A stretch of 64,000 nt of DNA from Acidobacteriota bacterium. Its GTDB lineage: Bacteria > Acidobacteriota > Thermoanaerobaculia > Multivoradales > UBA5704. This document shows, in pieces, positions 1 to 8,830 of the stretch (positions within the stretch are counted from its first letter, which is position 1; each line of letters starts with the position of its first letter). Location: the NCBI GenBank assembly GCA_046765915.1, contig JBKPTH010000002.1, forward strand, positions 28,552-92,551, read 5' to 3'. The notes under the pieces are model-generated. The model saw nothing but the letters and a program-made list of their open reading frames with translations, did no database searches and was not told where the DNA came from. Position numbers and translations under genes: made by a program.

Positions 1-1460
1 CGGACGGCCGGCTGCTGGTGACGACGCAGGGAGGCACCCTGCGCGTCATCCAGAACGACGCGCTGCTGGCGACGCCGGCGCTCACCTTCTCGACGAGCAG
101 CATCTGCACCGATTCCGAGCGCGGCCTGCTCGGGGTGGCCGTCCATCCGTCGTTCGCGGCGAACCATTTCATCTATCTTTTCTATACCTTCAAGACGGGC
201 GGCTCGCCGGCCTGCGTCAACCGCGTCTCCCGCTTCACGCTCCCCGATTCCAACGTCATCGATCCCGCCAGCGAGCTGGTGCTGATCGACAACATGCCGT
301 CGCCGGCCGGCAATCACAACGCCGGCGACGTCCATTTCGGCAACGACGGCTTCCTCTACGTGACGATCGGCGACGGCGGCTGCGACTACGCGGGCGGCGG
401 CTGCGCCGGCGCCAACGACGCGTCGCGCGATCAGCACACGTTGACCGGCAAGCTCCTGCGCATCACCGACACCGGCGGCATCCCCGCAGGCAATCCGTTC
501 CAGGGAGCGGGCACGGCCCGTTGCAACGTCACCGGCACCACCACCCCTGGCAACAAGTGCCAGGAGACCTTCGCCTGGGGATTCCGCAACCCGTTCCGCA
601 TGGCCTTCGATCCCAACACCACCGGCACCAGCCTCCGCGTCAACGACGTGGGGCAGGGGGCCTGGGAGGAGGTCGACGTCATTCAGTCAGGCGCCGACTA
701 TGGCTGGAACTGCCGCGAAGGGGCGCACGTCAACAGCACCACCGGCCCCTGCTCGCCGACGCCGCCGGGGATGGTGGACCCGTTCTTCGAGTACGCGCAC
801 GGCGCCACGATCCCCGGCACCACCAGCCCCGCGAGCTGCAATTGCATCAGCGGCGGCGCTTTCGTGCCCAACGGGCTGTGGCCGGGGTTCGACGGCGCCT
901 ACCTGTTCGGCGACTGCGTCTGCGGCGGCATCTTCCGGCTCACCGGCACGGCCGCGAGCGACTTCGGCATCGGCCTCGGCACGGTGGTGCACCTGGCCTT
1001 CGGTCCGTTCGGCGGCCGGCAGGCGCTCTACTACACGACCTTGGCCGGCGGCGGCCAGGTGCGGCGGATCGTGGGGCCGGACCACCCGTCCGATTACCAC
1101 ACCGTGGCGCCCTGCCGGCTCGCGGACACCCGCATGCCGCCGGGGCCCACGGGCGGGCCGGCGCTCGCCAGCGGCGCGCCGCGCACGTTCGCCTTCGCCG
1201 GGGCCTGCGGCGTGCCGGCCACCGCGTTGGCGGTGGCGCTCAACCTCACCGCCGTCTCGCCCTCCGCCGCCGGCAATTTGACGGTGTTCCCGGCCGGCAC
1301 GTTCCAGCCGGCCACCAGCAACCTCAACTTCACGGCCGGGCAGACGCGCTCCAACAACGCCGTCGTCCAGCTCCAGGCCGGCAGCGTGACGATCTCCTAC
1401 ACCGCGGCGGGGGGGGCCACGGTGCAGGTCGTCGTGGATGTCGTCGGCTACTTCGAATGA
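1..1460 (+). CDS. 5'-partial secreted PQQ-dependent soluble sugar (glucose/sorbosone) dehydrogenase-like beta-propeller protein carrying the recurrent ~120 aa C-terminal domain
   Basis: The reading frame is open from the window edge (DGRLLVTTQGGTLRVI matches the sGDH family), and the NHNAGDVHFGNDGFLYVTIGDGG motif is present. The C-terminal 120 aa has the PCRLADTR...CGVP...NLTAV...SNLNFT...VVDVVGYFE motif shared with 1464-3257 and 26696-27178. Confidence 0.6.
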   Translation, partial: DGRLLVTTQGGTLRVIQNDALLATPALTFSTSSICTDSERGLLGVAVHPSFAANHFIYLFYTFKTGGSPACVNRVSRFTLPDSNVIDPASELVLIDNMPSPAGNHNAGDVHFGNDGFLYVTIGDGGCDYAGGGCAGANDASRDQHTLTGKLLRITDTGGIPAGNPFQGAGTARCNVTGTTTPGNKCQETFAWGFRNPFRMAFDPNTTGTSLRVNDVGQGAWEEVDVIQSGADYGWNCREGAHVNSTTGPCSPTPPGMVDPFFEYAHGATIPGTTSPASCNCISGGAFVPNGLWPGFDGAYLFGDCVCGGIFRLTGTAASDFGIGLGTVVHLAFGPFGGRQALYYTTLAGGGQVRRIVGPDHPSDYHTVAPCRLADTRMPPGPTGGPALASGAPRTFAFAGACGVPATALAVALNLTAVSPSAAGNLTVFPAGTFQPATSNLNFTAGQTRSNNAVVQLQAGSVTISYTAAGGATVQVVVDVVGYFE

Positions 1461-1463
1461 GGT

Positions 1464-3257
1464 CTATTGGAAGTAGCCGTTGACGTCGATGATCACCTGG
1501 CTGGTGCCGAGGGAGGAGTTCAGCACGCCGATCGTCCCCGCGCCGTTGGTCGCCAGCTCGAGCATCGAGTTGCTGGCGCGGGTCGCTCCCGCCGGGAAGC
1601 CGACCGTGATGATGCCCATCGGGGCGGTGTTGCCCGGATAGATGCCGACGGAGCCGGAGGCGCCGCCGGCGATCACGGTGACGTTGGCGGAGACGGCCTT
1701 GGCGGTCGCCGGGATGCCGCAGGCTCCGGTGACGGTGAAGAGGCGGGTCCCGTTGGGAGCCAGGGCCGGGCCGCCGAGCGGGCCGTTGGGGTTGCGGGTA
1801 TCCAGCACGCGGCAAGGAGCCAGCGTATAGAAGTCCGTCGGCGCCGGAGGCGTGGGGGCGACCGGAGCCAGGCAGGCCGGATTGGCGTTGGCCGTCGTCG
1901 TCACGTAGCCGCTCATCCGCGCCGCCTCGCGCCCGGGCTGCACGCCGTAGGGGTGGCCGGTGCCGAAGTCGAGGCTGATGTCGCTGTAGCTGCCGCGCAC
2001 CAGGTGGCAGTAGCTCATGATCGTGCCGCTGCCGGCGCCCGCCGGGCCCGGCAGGGAGGTGGCGCCGGAGTAGCAGCCGCCCTCGCCGGAGTAGCACTGG
2101 TCGATGGGGCTGGCGCTGCCGCCGATGCCGTTGTAGCAGTGGGCGTGGGGCGAGTTGAAGTTGTGGCCGATCTCGTGCGCCACGGCCATGATGTCCCACA
2201 TCACGGTCGGCGCGTTGATGTTGAAGGTGCCGGTGATGCTGGCGGTGAAACCATAGCCGCCGCCCCAGTTAGCGTCCGTCGGCAGGCCCGGACAACTGGC
2301 GCTGGCGCCGAAACCGCCCGAGCACAGCACGCCCAGCCAGGCGATGCCGCCGCCCAGGTTCTTGCCGCTCAGGAAGTGGGCGATGGTCCGTGAGACGCCC
2401 GTCTTGTTGAGGTTCCAGTAGCGGCCGAACTCCATCAGGCCGCACAGGGTGCTGCCGGTCTGCGTCCAGGGATCGCTGGGCGTGGTCCACAGGCTGACGG
2501 ACTGGACGAGGAGCGACGTGCTGATCTCGTTGACGTAGATGGTGGAGGCGTAGCCGATCAGGTTGCCGGCGTAGGTGGTGGCGGTGGCGGCGTTGTTGAA
2601 CTTGGCGTAGTACTCGTAATCGGTCTCGACCGCCACCCGCGCCGTGTGCAGCACGCTGCCCGTCGCGGCCGGGTCGGCTGCCGCCGCCGGCTCGGCGTTG
2701 AGCACCAGGTCCTCCAGGGGATGTTGATTCTGCGGCAGCGCGGTGTTGCCGCAGGCGAAGCCCTCGCCGCGCGCCGCCTTCATCATCACCGGCTCCACCC
2801 GCCGCATCTCCAGCGGCGCGCCCACGGCCTTGGCGGCAACCTCGTCGCCGCCGATCATGTAGGTGTCTTCCCCGCGGGTGACGATCCCCTCCGTCCTGCC
2901 GTCGGGGAGCACGCTGAGGAACACCCGCGAGCCCGGCTCGCCGTCGACGGTGCCGCGGAAGTAGGTGTTGGCCGGTGCCGGCAGCACCTTGGTGGCGCCG
3001 CCCTTGCCGTGAACGGTGATCTTGGCGTCGTCGGCGAACACCTGGAAGCGCTGCAGCACGAACGCCGCGGCCTCTCCCGTGTCCGCCACCTGCACGTTCT
3101 CCAGCCGCAACTCTGCGCCGATCGGCGCCCCGGCGGCCACCTGCGGGAAGTCTCTGCTCTCGATGGACGTGGTGTGCGGCTCTGCCGCGGCGGCCGGCGC
3201 TGCGGCGACCAACAACGCGCAGACGGCCAGGAGCGTTCGGTTCAGGGTCCAGCGCAT
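1464..3257 (-). CDS. secreted metzincin-like zinc metalloprotease with the same recurrent C-terminal domain
   Basis: There is an N-terminal signal peptide (MRWTLNRTLLAVCALLVAAAPAAAA). The zinc motif HEIGHNFNSPH has His at positions 1, 5 and 11. The C-terminus carries PCRVLDTR...CGIP...NVTV...VIIDVNGYFQ. Confidence 0.6.
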   Translation of the reverse strand: MRWTLNRTLLAVCALLVAAAPAAAAEPHTTSIESRDFPQVAAGAPIGAELRLENVQVADTGEAAAFVLQRFQVFADDAKITVHGKGGATKVLPAPANTYFRGTVDGEPGSRVFLSVLPDGRTEGIVTRGEDTYMIGGDEVAAKAVGAPLEMRRVEPVMMKAARGEGFACGNTALPQNQHPLEDLVLNAEPAAAADPAATGSVLHTARVAVETDYEYYAKFNNAATATTYAGNLIGYASTIYVNEISTSLLVQSVSLWTTPSDPWTQTGSTLCGLMEFGRYWNLNKTGVSRTIAHFLSGKNLGGGIAWLGVLCSGGFGASASCPGLPTDANWGGGYGFTASITGTFNINAPTVMWDIMAVAHEIGHNFNSPHAHCYNGIGGSASPIDQCYSGEGGCYSGATSLPGPAGAGSGTIMSYCHLVRGSYSDISLDFGTGHPYGVQPGREAARMSGYVTTTANANPACLAPVAPTPPAPTDFYTLAPCRVLDTRNPNGPLGGPALAPNGTRLFTVTGACGIPATAKAVSANVTVIAGGASGSVGIYPGNTAPMGIITVGFPAGATRASNSMLELATNGAGTIGVLNSSLGTSQVIIDVNGYFQ

Positions 3258-3559
3258 CGGTACCTCTCTCACCAGGGCAGACGCCCGTCGTTGTTCTTCT
3301 TCGAGACGGGAGGATTGTGCGGGACGCAGGCGCCTATGTCAATCCGCGCATGCCTGTGTGTCCCAATTTTTGTCAGCGGGACTGTCACTCCGCGTCCCGT
3401 CGCGTTCTGTGGCCATCCTCGCAAGATGCCTGGAATCAACGTTTTCTCTCCTGGGAACAGCCAACGACGAGAGAGATAAACGCAAACTCCAGGCCCGGTA
3501 AGACGGCCGTCCGCCGGCCCTGAATTTCCCGCCGGGAGCCCGCCGGCGCTCGTGATACT

Positions 3560-5734
3560 GTGCCCGTCTCCATGCGACCCGTGCCTCTCCCGCTGTACGG
3601 AGATCCGGCTCGAGTTCCGCCCGACCGCCCTCCCGGGGCCGTGGACGTCGTCGTACCGGTAGCCGGCGCGCCGGAGGCTTTCTCCCGCTGCCTCGACAGC
3701 CTCCTCGTTCATACCGACCTCGCGCGGGACCGGCTGGTGGTGGTGCTCGACGGGCCGCAGCCGGCGGCGACGGCAGAGCGCGTCGAGCGCCTGCGCCGGG
3801 AGCGGCCCGAAGGAGTCCTCGTCCTGGAAAACCCGCGGCGGCAGGGATTCGTCGCCGCCGTCAACCGCGGGCTGGCGGTTTCCGGCCGCGACGTCATCCT
3901 GCTCAACAGCGATACGCGGGTCACCGCGGGCTGGGTGCGCAAGCTCCAGGCGGCCGCCTATTCGGCGCCGGAGATCGCCACCGTGACGCCGTTCTCCAAC
4001 AGCGCCACCATCTGCTCGCTGCCGCGCTTCCTGGAGGCCAACGCCCTGCCCGCCGGCTGGGACGCCGACGCCTTCGGGCGTCTCGTCGAGGAGCGTTCGC
4101 GGCGGGCCTACCCGCGCCTGCCCACCGGCGTCGGCGTGTGCCTCTACGTCAAGCGCAAGGTCCTCGACGACGTCGGTCCCCTCGACGTCAAGAGCTTCGG
4201 CGAGGGCTACGGCGAGGAGAGCGAGCTCTGCATGCGGGCGCTCAAGGCGGGCTACGCGCATGCGCTGGACGACGCGACCTTCATCTTCCACGAGGGGCAG
4301 CGGAGCTTCGGCCCCAGCCGCCGGAAGAGGACGAAGGCCGCTCACCGGGCGATGCGGCGGCTGCATCCGGAGTATCTCGCCACGGTGGCGAGCTTCCTGC
4401 GCGAGGACCCGATCCGCCCCTTGCGCGAGCGCGTGGTCTCGGCGCTGATCCCCAAGCGGAGCTCACCCGACCTGCGCCGCCCGGTCAGGATCCTGCACCT
4501 GGTGCACGGCTGGCCGCCCTGGAACTCCGCGGGCACCGAGCTCTATGCCGCCTGGCTCGCCCGGCGGCAGGTTTGCCGGCGCGAAGTCACGGTCTACGCG
4601 CGCCTCGCCGACCCGCAGCAGCCCAACGGCGAGGCCGTGGAGCTCCTCGATCGCGGCGTCCGCGTACGGCTGATCGTCAACAATTTCACCCAGCGCGATC
4701 CGCTGGCGCGCAATGCCTTGCGGGACCGGGCGATCGAGGCGGACTTCGCGCGCCTGCTGGCGGAGACGGCGCCGGGGCTCCTCCACGTGCACCACCTGGC
4801 GGGGCACACCGCTTCCCTCGTCGGCGCGGCGGCGCGGCGGGGCATTCCGGTGGTCTTTCAGCTCCAGGACTGGTGGCAGGCCTGCGCCCGTGTCAATCTG
4901 CTGGACGCGTGGGGCCGCCTCTGCAGCGGCCCGGGGATCGGCAAGTGCGCGGCCTGCCGGCCGCTCACCGGCCTGCCGCCGGCCGCGGTGCTCAACCGGG
5001 CGCTCTACGCCTGGCGCGCCTCCCGGATGAAGCGCGCGCTACGCCAGGCGGACGCCTTCGTCATGGGCTCGCGCTGCATCCATGAGAGCTACCTGGAGCT
5101 CGGCTACCTGCGGCCGGAGGACCCGGCTTTCGTGATTCCGTACGGCGTGGATCTGCCGCCGCGGCTGGAACGGCGGCCTCGGCGGCCGGGCGAGCCCCTG
5201 CGCTTCGGAGTGATCGGCTCGCTCCTGCCGCACAAGGGGATTCACGTCGCGGCGGCCGCCTTCGCGGGGATGGATCCGGGCCGGGCGCGGCTGGCGATCT
5301 GGGGCGATCCGTCCGTCGATCCCTCCTATGCGGAAGCGCTGCTCGGATCGGCCGCCGTGGAGCTGCGCGGGCGCTTCGAGGAGCAGCGGAAGCCGGAGGT
5401 CTTCGCCGAGCTCGACGCCTTGATCGTGCCCTCGCTCGGCCTCGAGTCGTTCGGCCTGGTGGCGCGCGAAGCCCTCTACCACGGCGTGCCCGTGCTGGCG
5501 AGCGACCGTGGCGCGCTGCCGGAGCTCTTCGCGGGTCCGGGGGCGTACGGCGCGCTCTTCGATCCGGAGGATCCGGCGTCGCTGCGCGCCTGGATCGAGC
5601 GGTTGATCGCGGAGCCGGAGATCCTGGACCGTTGGACGGCCGCGCTGCCGGCCGTCAAGGGGATGGACGAGCACGCAGAGGAGATCGAGGGGGTCTACGA
5701 GCGGGTGCTGAGCCGGCGGAGGCCCTCGCGATGA
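3560..5734 (+). CDS. bifunctional glycosyltransferase: N-terminal GT2 domain fused to C-terminal GT4 (GT-B) domain
   Basis: The N-terminal Rossmann GT2 signature is present (VVPVAG...VVLDGPQP...LLNSDTRV). The C-terminal GT4 has the E-x7-E motif region (LIVPSLGLESFGLVAREALYHGVPVLASDRGALPELF). Start is GTG 3560 or ATG 3572. Confidence 0.7.
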   Translation: MPVSMRPVPLPLYGDPARVPPDRPPGAVDVVVPVAGAPEAFSRCLDSLLVHTDLARDRLVVVLDGPQPAATAERVERLRRERPEGVLVLENPRRQGFVAAVNRGLAVSGRDVILLNSDTRVTAGWVRKLQAAAYSAPEIATVTPFSNSATICSLPRFLEANALPAGWDADAFGRLVEERSRRAYPRLPTGVGVCLYVKRKVLDDVGPLDVKSFGEGYGEESELCMRALKAGYAHALDDATFIFHEGQRSFGPSRRKRTKAAHRAMRRLHPEYLATVASFLREDPIRPLRERVVSALIPKRSSPDLRRPVRILHLVHGWPPWNSAGTELYAAWLARRQVCRREVTVYARLADPQQPNGEAVELLDRGVRVRLIVNNFTQRDPLARNALRDRAIEADFARLLAETAPGLLHVHHLAGHTASLVGAAARRGIPVVFQLQDWWQACARVNLLDAWGRLCSGPGIGKCAACRPLTGLPPAAVLNRALYAWRASRMKRALRQADAFVMGSRCIHESYLELGYLRPEDPAFVIPYGVDLPPRLERRPRRPGEPLRFGVIGSLLPHKGIHVAAAAFAGMDPGRARLAIWGDPSVDPSYAEALLGSAAVELRGRFEEQRKPEVFAELDALIVPSLGLESFGLVAREALYHGVPVLASDRGALPELFAGPGAYGALFDPEDPASLRAWIERLIAEPEILDRWTAALPAVKGMDEHAEEIEGVYERVLSRRRPSR

Positions 5735-6960
5735 AACGCCTTGCCGTTTCCTGGCGGGTGCTGCGGACGGAGGGGATCCTTGCCTTTCGTGACCGTGCCC
5801 TCGACCGGATGAGCGAGAATCGAAGACGGCGATCGTTCTCCTCCGCGTCATCGGATTGGCGCCCACCTCAGCCCATTCCCGTCCTCAACCTGTCGGCGAC
5901 GCCTCCGGCCCCGCAACTGGGGGGCGTGCAATCGCAGCTCCTGCGCAGGATCGAGGCCGAGCGGCGGCCGGTCGCTCTCCTTTATTCACGACCAGACGGG
6001 TGGCGCCTGGAGATCGCGGCGGCGGGGGAACGGCGATCCCTGCGTTTTCCGGGATCTCCTCCCACCCCCATCGCGCTGGAGGACTCCGCGTTCGAAGATG
6101 CGGTCCGCTCGGCCGCCGAGATCCTGGGCGCCCGGATTCTGCACGTCGAGGGGCTTTACGGTCTGCCGCCGGGCTCGCTGCTGCGGCTTCAACGCGAAGG
6201 CCTGGAGCTGAGCCTCGCGCTCCACGACTTCGCCGTCTTCTGTCCGCGGCCGCACCTGCTGGAGCGTCCGCAGCTTCAGTTCTGCTGGTACTCGCGGGAC
6301 CTCGGCCGCTGCGGGCGCTGCCTGCGCCAGGACTGGCCCGTCGAGGACGTCTTTCAGCAGGCGCGGCGGGAGATCGCAGCCGAGCTCCTGGCCGGCGCCC
6401 CCTCGCTCGTCTTTCCCTCGGAGTTCCTACGGCGCACCTATCAGGATCTCTTTCCGGGGCTTGCGCCGGAGCGCCTGCGCGTCGTCGCGCCGGCGGGAGA
6501 GCCGATCGCGTCCCCGCCAGCCCCTGGTCCGGTTCGGCACGTTGCGCTGGTCGGAGGGGTCCAGGCGCACAAGGGAGCCCTCGTCTTCGAGGAAGTGGTG
6601 AGGCGGATGGCGGGGGAGGGCTTGCGCTGGACCGCCTACGGAGGAGGGGAGGCGGAGCTGCTGGCCAGGCTTCGCCGGCTGCCGCGGGTGCGCATCCGCG
6701 GCTACTACCGGAGCGGTACCCTGCCGCGCCTGCTGCGGCGCGACCACGTCGACGAGGCGCTCCTCCTCTCGATCGTCCCCGAGTCGTACAGCCTGGTCCT
6801 CGACGAATGCGTGAGCGCCGGTGTACCGGTCCTGGCGTTCGATCTGGGCGCCGTGGGGGAACGCCTGCCGCGGCTCGGAGCGGGTCGACTGGTTCCCCTG
6901 GAGGAGGGCGCCGAAGGAATGGTTCGGGCGTTGAAACGCGCTACACTACCGCCCCCGTGA
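5731..6960 (+). CDS. GT4-family (GT-B) glycosyltransferase
   Basis: ATGA overlap with the upstream stop indicates translational coupling. The C-terminal region ALVGGVQAHKG...SIVPESYSLVLDECVSAGVPVLAFDLGA is typical of group-1 glycosyltransferases. Confidence 0.55.
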   Translation: MKRLAVSWRVLRTEGILAFRDRALDRMSENRRRRSFSSASSDWRPPQPIPVLNLSATPPAPQLGGVQSQLLRRIEAERRPVALLYSRPDGWRLEIAAAGERRSLRFPGSPPTPIALEDSAFEDAVRSAAEILGARILHVEGLYGLPPGSLLRLQREGLELSLALHDFAVFCPRPHLLERPQLQFCWYSRDLGRCGRCLRQDWPVEDVFQQARREIAAELLAGAPSLVFPSEFLRRTYQDLFPGLAPERLRVVAPAGEPIASPPAPGPVRHVALVGGVQAHKGALVFEEVVRRMAGEGLRWTAYGGGEAELLARLRRLPRVRIRGYYRSGTLPRLLRRDHVDEALLLSIVPESYSLVLDECVSAGVPVLAFDLGAVGERLPRLGAGRLVPLEEGAEGMVRALKRATLPPP

Positions 6961-7227
6961 GCAGCCCGCCTATCCGCGCATGGCTGGCATGCCGGGTCCG
7001 GGCTTCGCCGCCGGTCCCTGTCTGGTCAAGGACACGATGCAGCTCGCCGCCTTCAGCCACAACCATTTCATGCTCGGGCACGCCGCCATGCTGGTGAACG
7101 AGGGCCTGCCCGGCCGGTCATGAGGTCGTGGGAATCGACGCCTCCCCCGCGGCGGCCGTCGTCCGCGACACCGCCCGGCGTGGCTGGCGCTCTACCGGGA
7201 GCTGGGACTGTTTCCCTAGGCTCTTGC

Positions 7228-8724
7228 TCAGCCGGCAACGCCAGCCTCGGCGACGGCCGGGGCGGCCTCGGCGCGCTCGGCCGGGGCGTCGACGCGCCGG
7301 GCAACGGCGATGATGCCCAGGCCTGGACCGGGGAGGTGGGGATCGAGCCTGCGGATCAGCGGCACCAGCACGTTGAACACCTTGAGCTGCACACGGCTGA
7401 AATAGCGCCGCTTGAGGAGCTTGCCGTTGAGCCACCAGCCCGGGACCGAGAGGTGGTTGAAGTCGCGGAAGCTCTCCACCTCGAAGCCGGTGGCGCGCAG
7501 CTCGCGGGCGAGCTGCGCTTTCGAGTAGCGGCAGCGGTGCCCCAGCACCTCGTCGAGCGTCGAATACAGCTCCTGGCCCTGCGGCACGTAGAGCAGCAGC
7601 CGGCCCCCGGGCTCGAGGGCGCTCGCCATGTTGCGCAGCGCCACCAGGGGATCGCGCACATGCTCCAGCACGTTCAGGCAGACGACCGTGTCGAACCGCC
7701 CGCGCCACGGCTCGAAGCAGCGCGGGTCTTCGAGGTCGATGCGGTCGACCTGCAGATAGGGCTTGCCCAGGGCAAGGTTGCGCAGGTACTGGAGATAGTG
7801 CGGATTGATGTCGCTCGCCACGTAAAGGTCGCGGGGCAGGAGCCAGGCGGTGATGTTGCCGATGCCGGCGCCGATCTCGAGCACCCGCGCGCCGCCGTAG
7901 GGCAGGATGGCTTCGGCCATCCAGCGGTTGAAGCGCTGCGCCCGCTCGAGACTGTGGAGGATGTGGGAACCGTACTCGTCTTCGGTGTAGACATCGTCGA
8001 GGATCCAGTAGCGCAGGACGGCGCGCAGGGCCTTGAAGGCGTCCTTCCAGCCGATCTTCTTGCCCTCGCGATAGGTGCGGCCGAGGTAGCTGATCGGCAC
8101 CTCGAAGACGCGGCACTCGCGCTTGGCGACCTTGGCGGTGATCTCCGGCTCCAGGGCGAAGTCGTTCGAGCGGATCGGGATCGACTTCAGAAGCGGCGCC
8201 CGGAACATTTTGTAGCAGGTCTCCATGTCCGTCAGGTTCAGGTCGGTGAACCAGTTGCTCAAGGTGGTCAGGAGACGGTTGCCGAGCGTGTGGCGGTAGT
8301 AGAGGACGCGGCGGCGCTCGCTGGGCAGGAAGCGCGAGCCGTAGACCACGTCCGCGCCGTCCTCGAGGAACGGCTTGGCGAGCCGGGCGTAGTCGCGCGG
8401 GTCGTACTCCAGGTCGGCGTCCTGGAAGACGATGAGGTCGCCGGTGGCCGCGGCGATGCCGGTGCGGATGGCCGCCCCTTTGCCCTGGTTGCGCTCGTGC
8501 TCGATGTAGCGGATCATCTCGGGGTGCCCGGCGGCCAGCCGGCGTAGGATGTCGCGGGTGCCGTCCTTCGAGCCGTCGTCGACAACGATGACCTCCAAGC
8601 CCTGGATGCCGGGCACCTCGACGGCGAGCACGCGGTGCAGCAGCTCTGCAACGAGAAACCGCTCGTTGTAGACGGGGACGACGACGGAGAGCTTGAGTTC
8701 TTGGCTGTTGGCCTGTCCGAGCAT
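7228..8724 (-). CDS. GT2 polyprenyl-phosphate sugar synthase-like (Dpm1/GtrB-type) fused to C-terminal class I SAM-dependent methyltransferase
   Basis: The N-terminus (LSVVVPVYNE...VIVVDDGSKDGT...VVYGSRF) is Dpm1-like. The C-terminus (VLEIGAGIGNITAWLL...VVCLNVLEHVRDP...EPGGRLLLYVPQ) is a class I methyltransferase fold. Confidence 0.7.
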   Translation of the reverse strand: MLGQANSQELKLSVVVPVYNERFLVAELLHRVLAVEVPGIQGLEVIVVDDGSKDGTRDILRRLAAGHPEMIRYIEHERNQGKGAAIRTGIAAATGDLIVFQDADLEYDPRDYARLAKPFLEDGADVVYGSRFLPSERRRVLYYRHTLGNRLLTTLSNWFTDLNLTDMETCYKMFRAPLLKSIPIRSNDFALEPEITAKVAKRECRVFEVPISYLGRTYREGKKIGWKDAFKALRAVLRYWILDDVYTEDEYGSHILHSLERAQRFNRWMAEAILPYGGARVLEIGAGIGNITAWLLPRDLYVASDINPHYLQYLRNLALGKPYLQVDRIDLEDPRCFEPWRGRFDTVVCLNVLEHVRDPLVALRNMASALEPGGRLLLYVPQGQELYSTLDEVLGHRCRYSKAQLARELRATGFEVESFRDFNHLSVPGWWLNGKLLKRRYFSRVQLKVFNVLVPLIRRLDPHLPGPGLGIIAVARRVDAPAERAEAAPAVAEAGVAG

Positions 8725-8758
8725 GGGATCTCTCGAGCAGCGTACGATAACACGCTGG
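8600..8758. repeat. copy 1 of a ~155 bp imperfect direct repeat (5' coding end plus leader of the GT2-methyltransferase gene)
   Basis: It is ~85% identical to 10195-10348 and includes the ATG, ~35 bp of leader and an inverted repeat CAGCGT-N8-ACGCTG. Confidence 0.8.
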
Positions 8759-8776
8759 CCGCGGAGCTAGGTGGAC

Positions 8777-8830
8777 ATGCCGAGCGGGCAATTGCAGGTC
8801 ATCCTGGACGTCAACGGCTACTTCCAATAA
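8777..8830 (+). pseudogene. relic C-terminal fragment of the recurrent VNGYFQ domain (MPSGQLQVILDVNGYFQ*)
   Basis: The 17-codon ORF ends with the same ...VI.DVNGYFQ-stop tail as 1464-3257. It lies between two minus-strand genes with no upstream body. Confidence 0.4.

Noticed and set aside
521-2393. Long overlapping ORFs 521-1483(+), 700-1281(+), 1330-2199(-), 1467-2393(+)
   Set aside because: They are Arg/Pro/Gly-rich low-complexity translations in alternative frames of real genes, typical of ~70% GC DNA.
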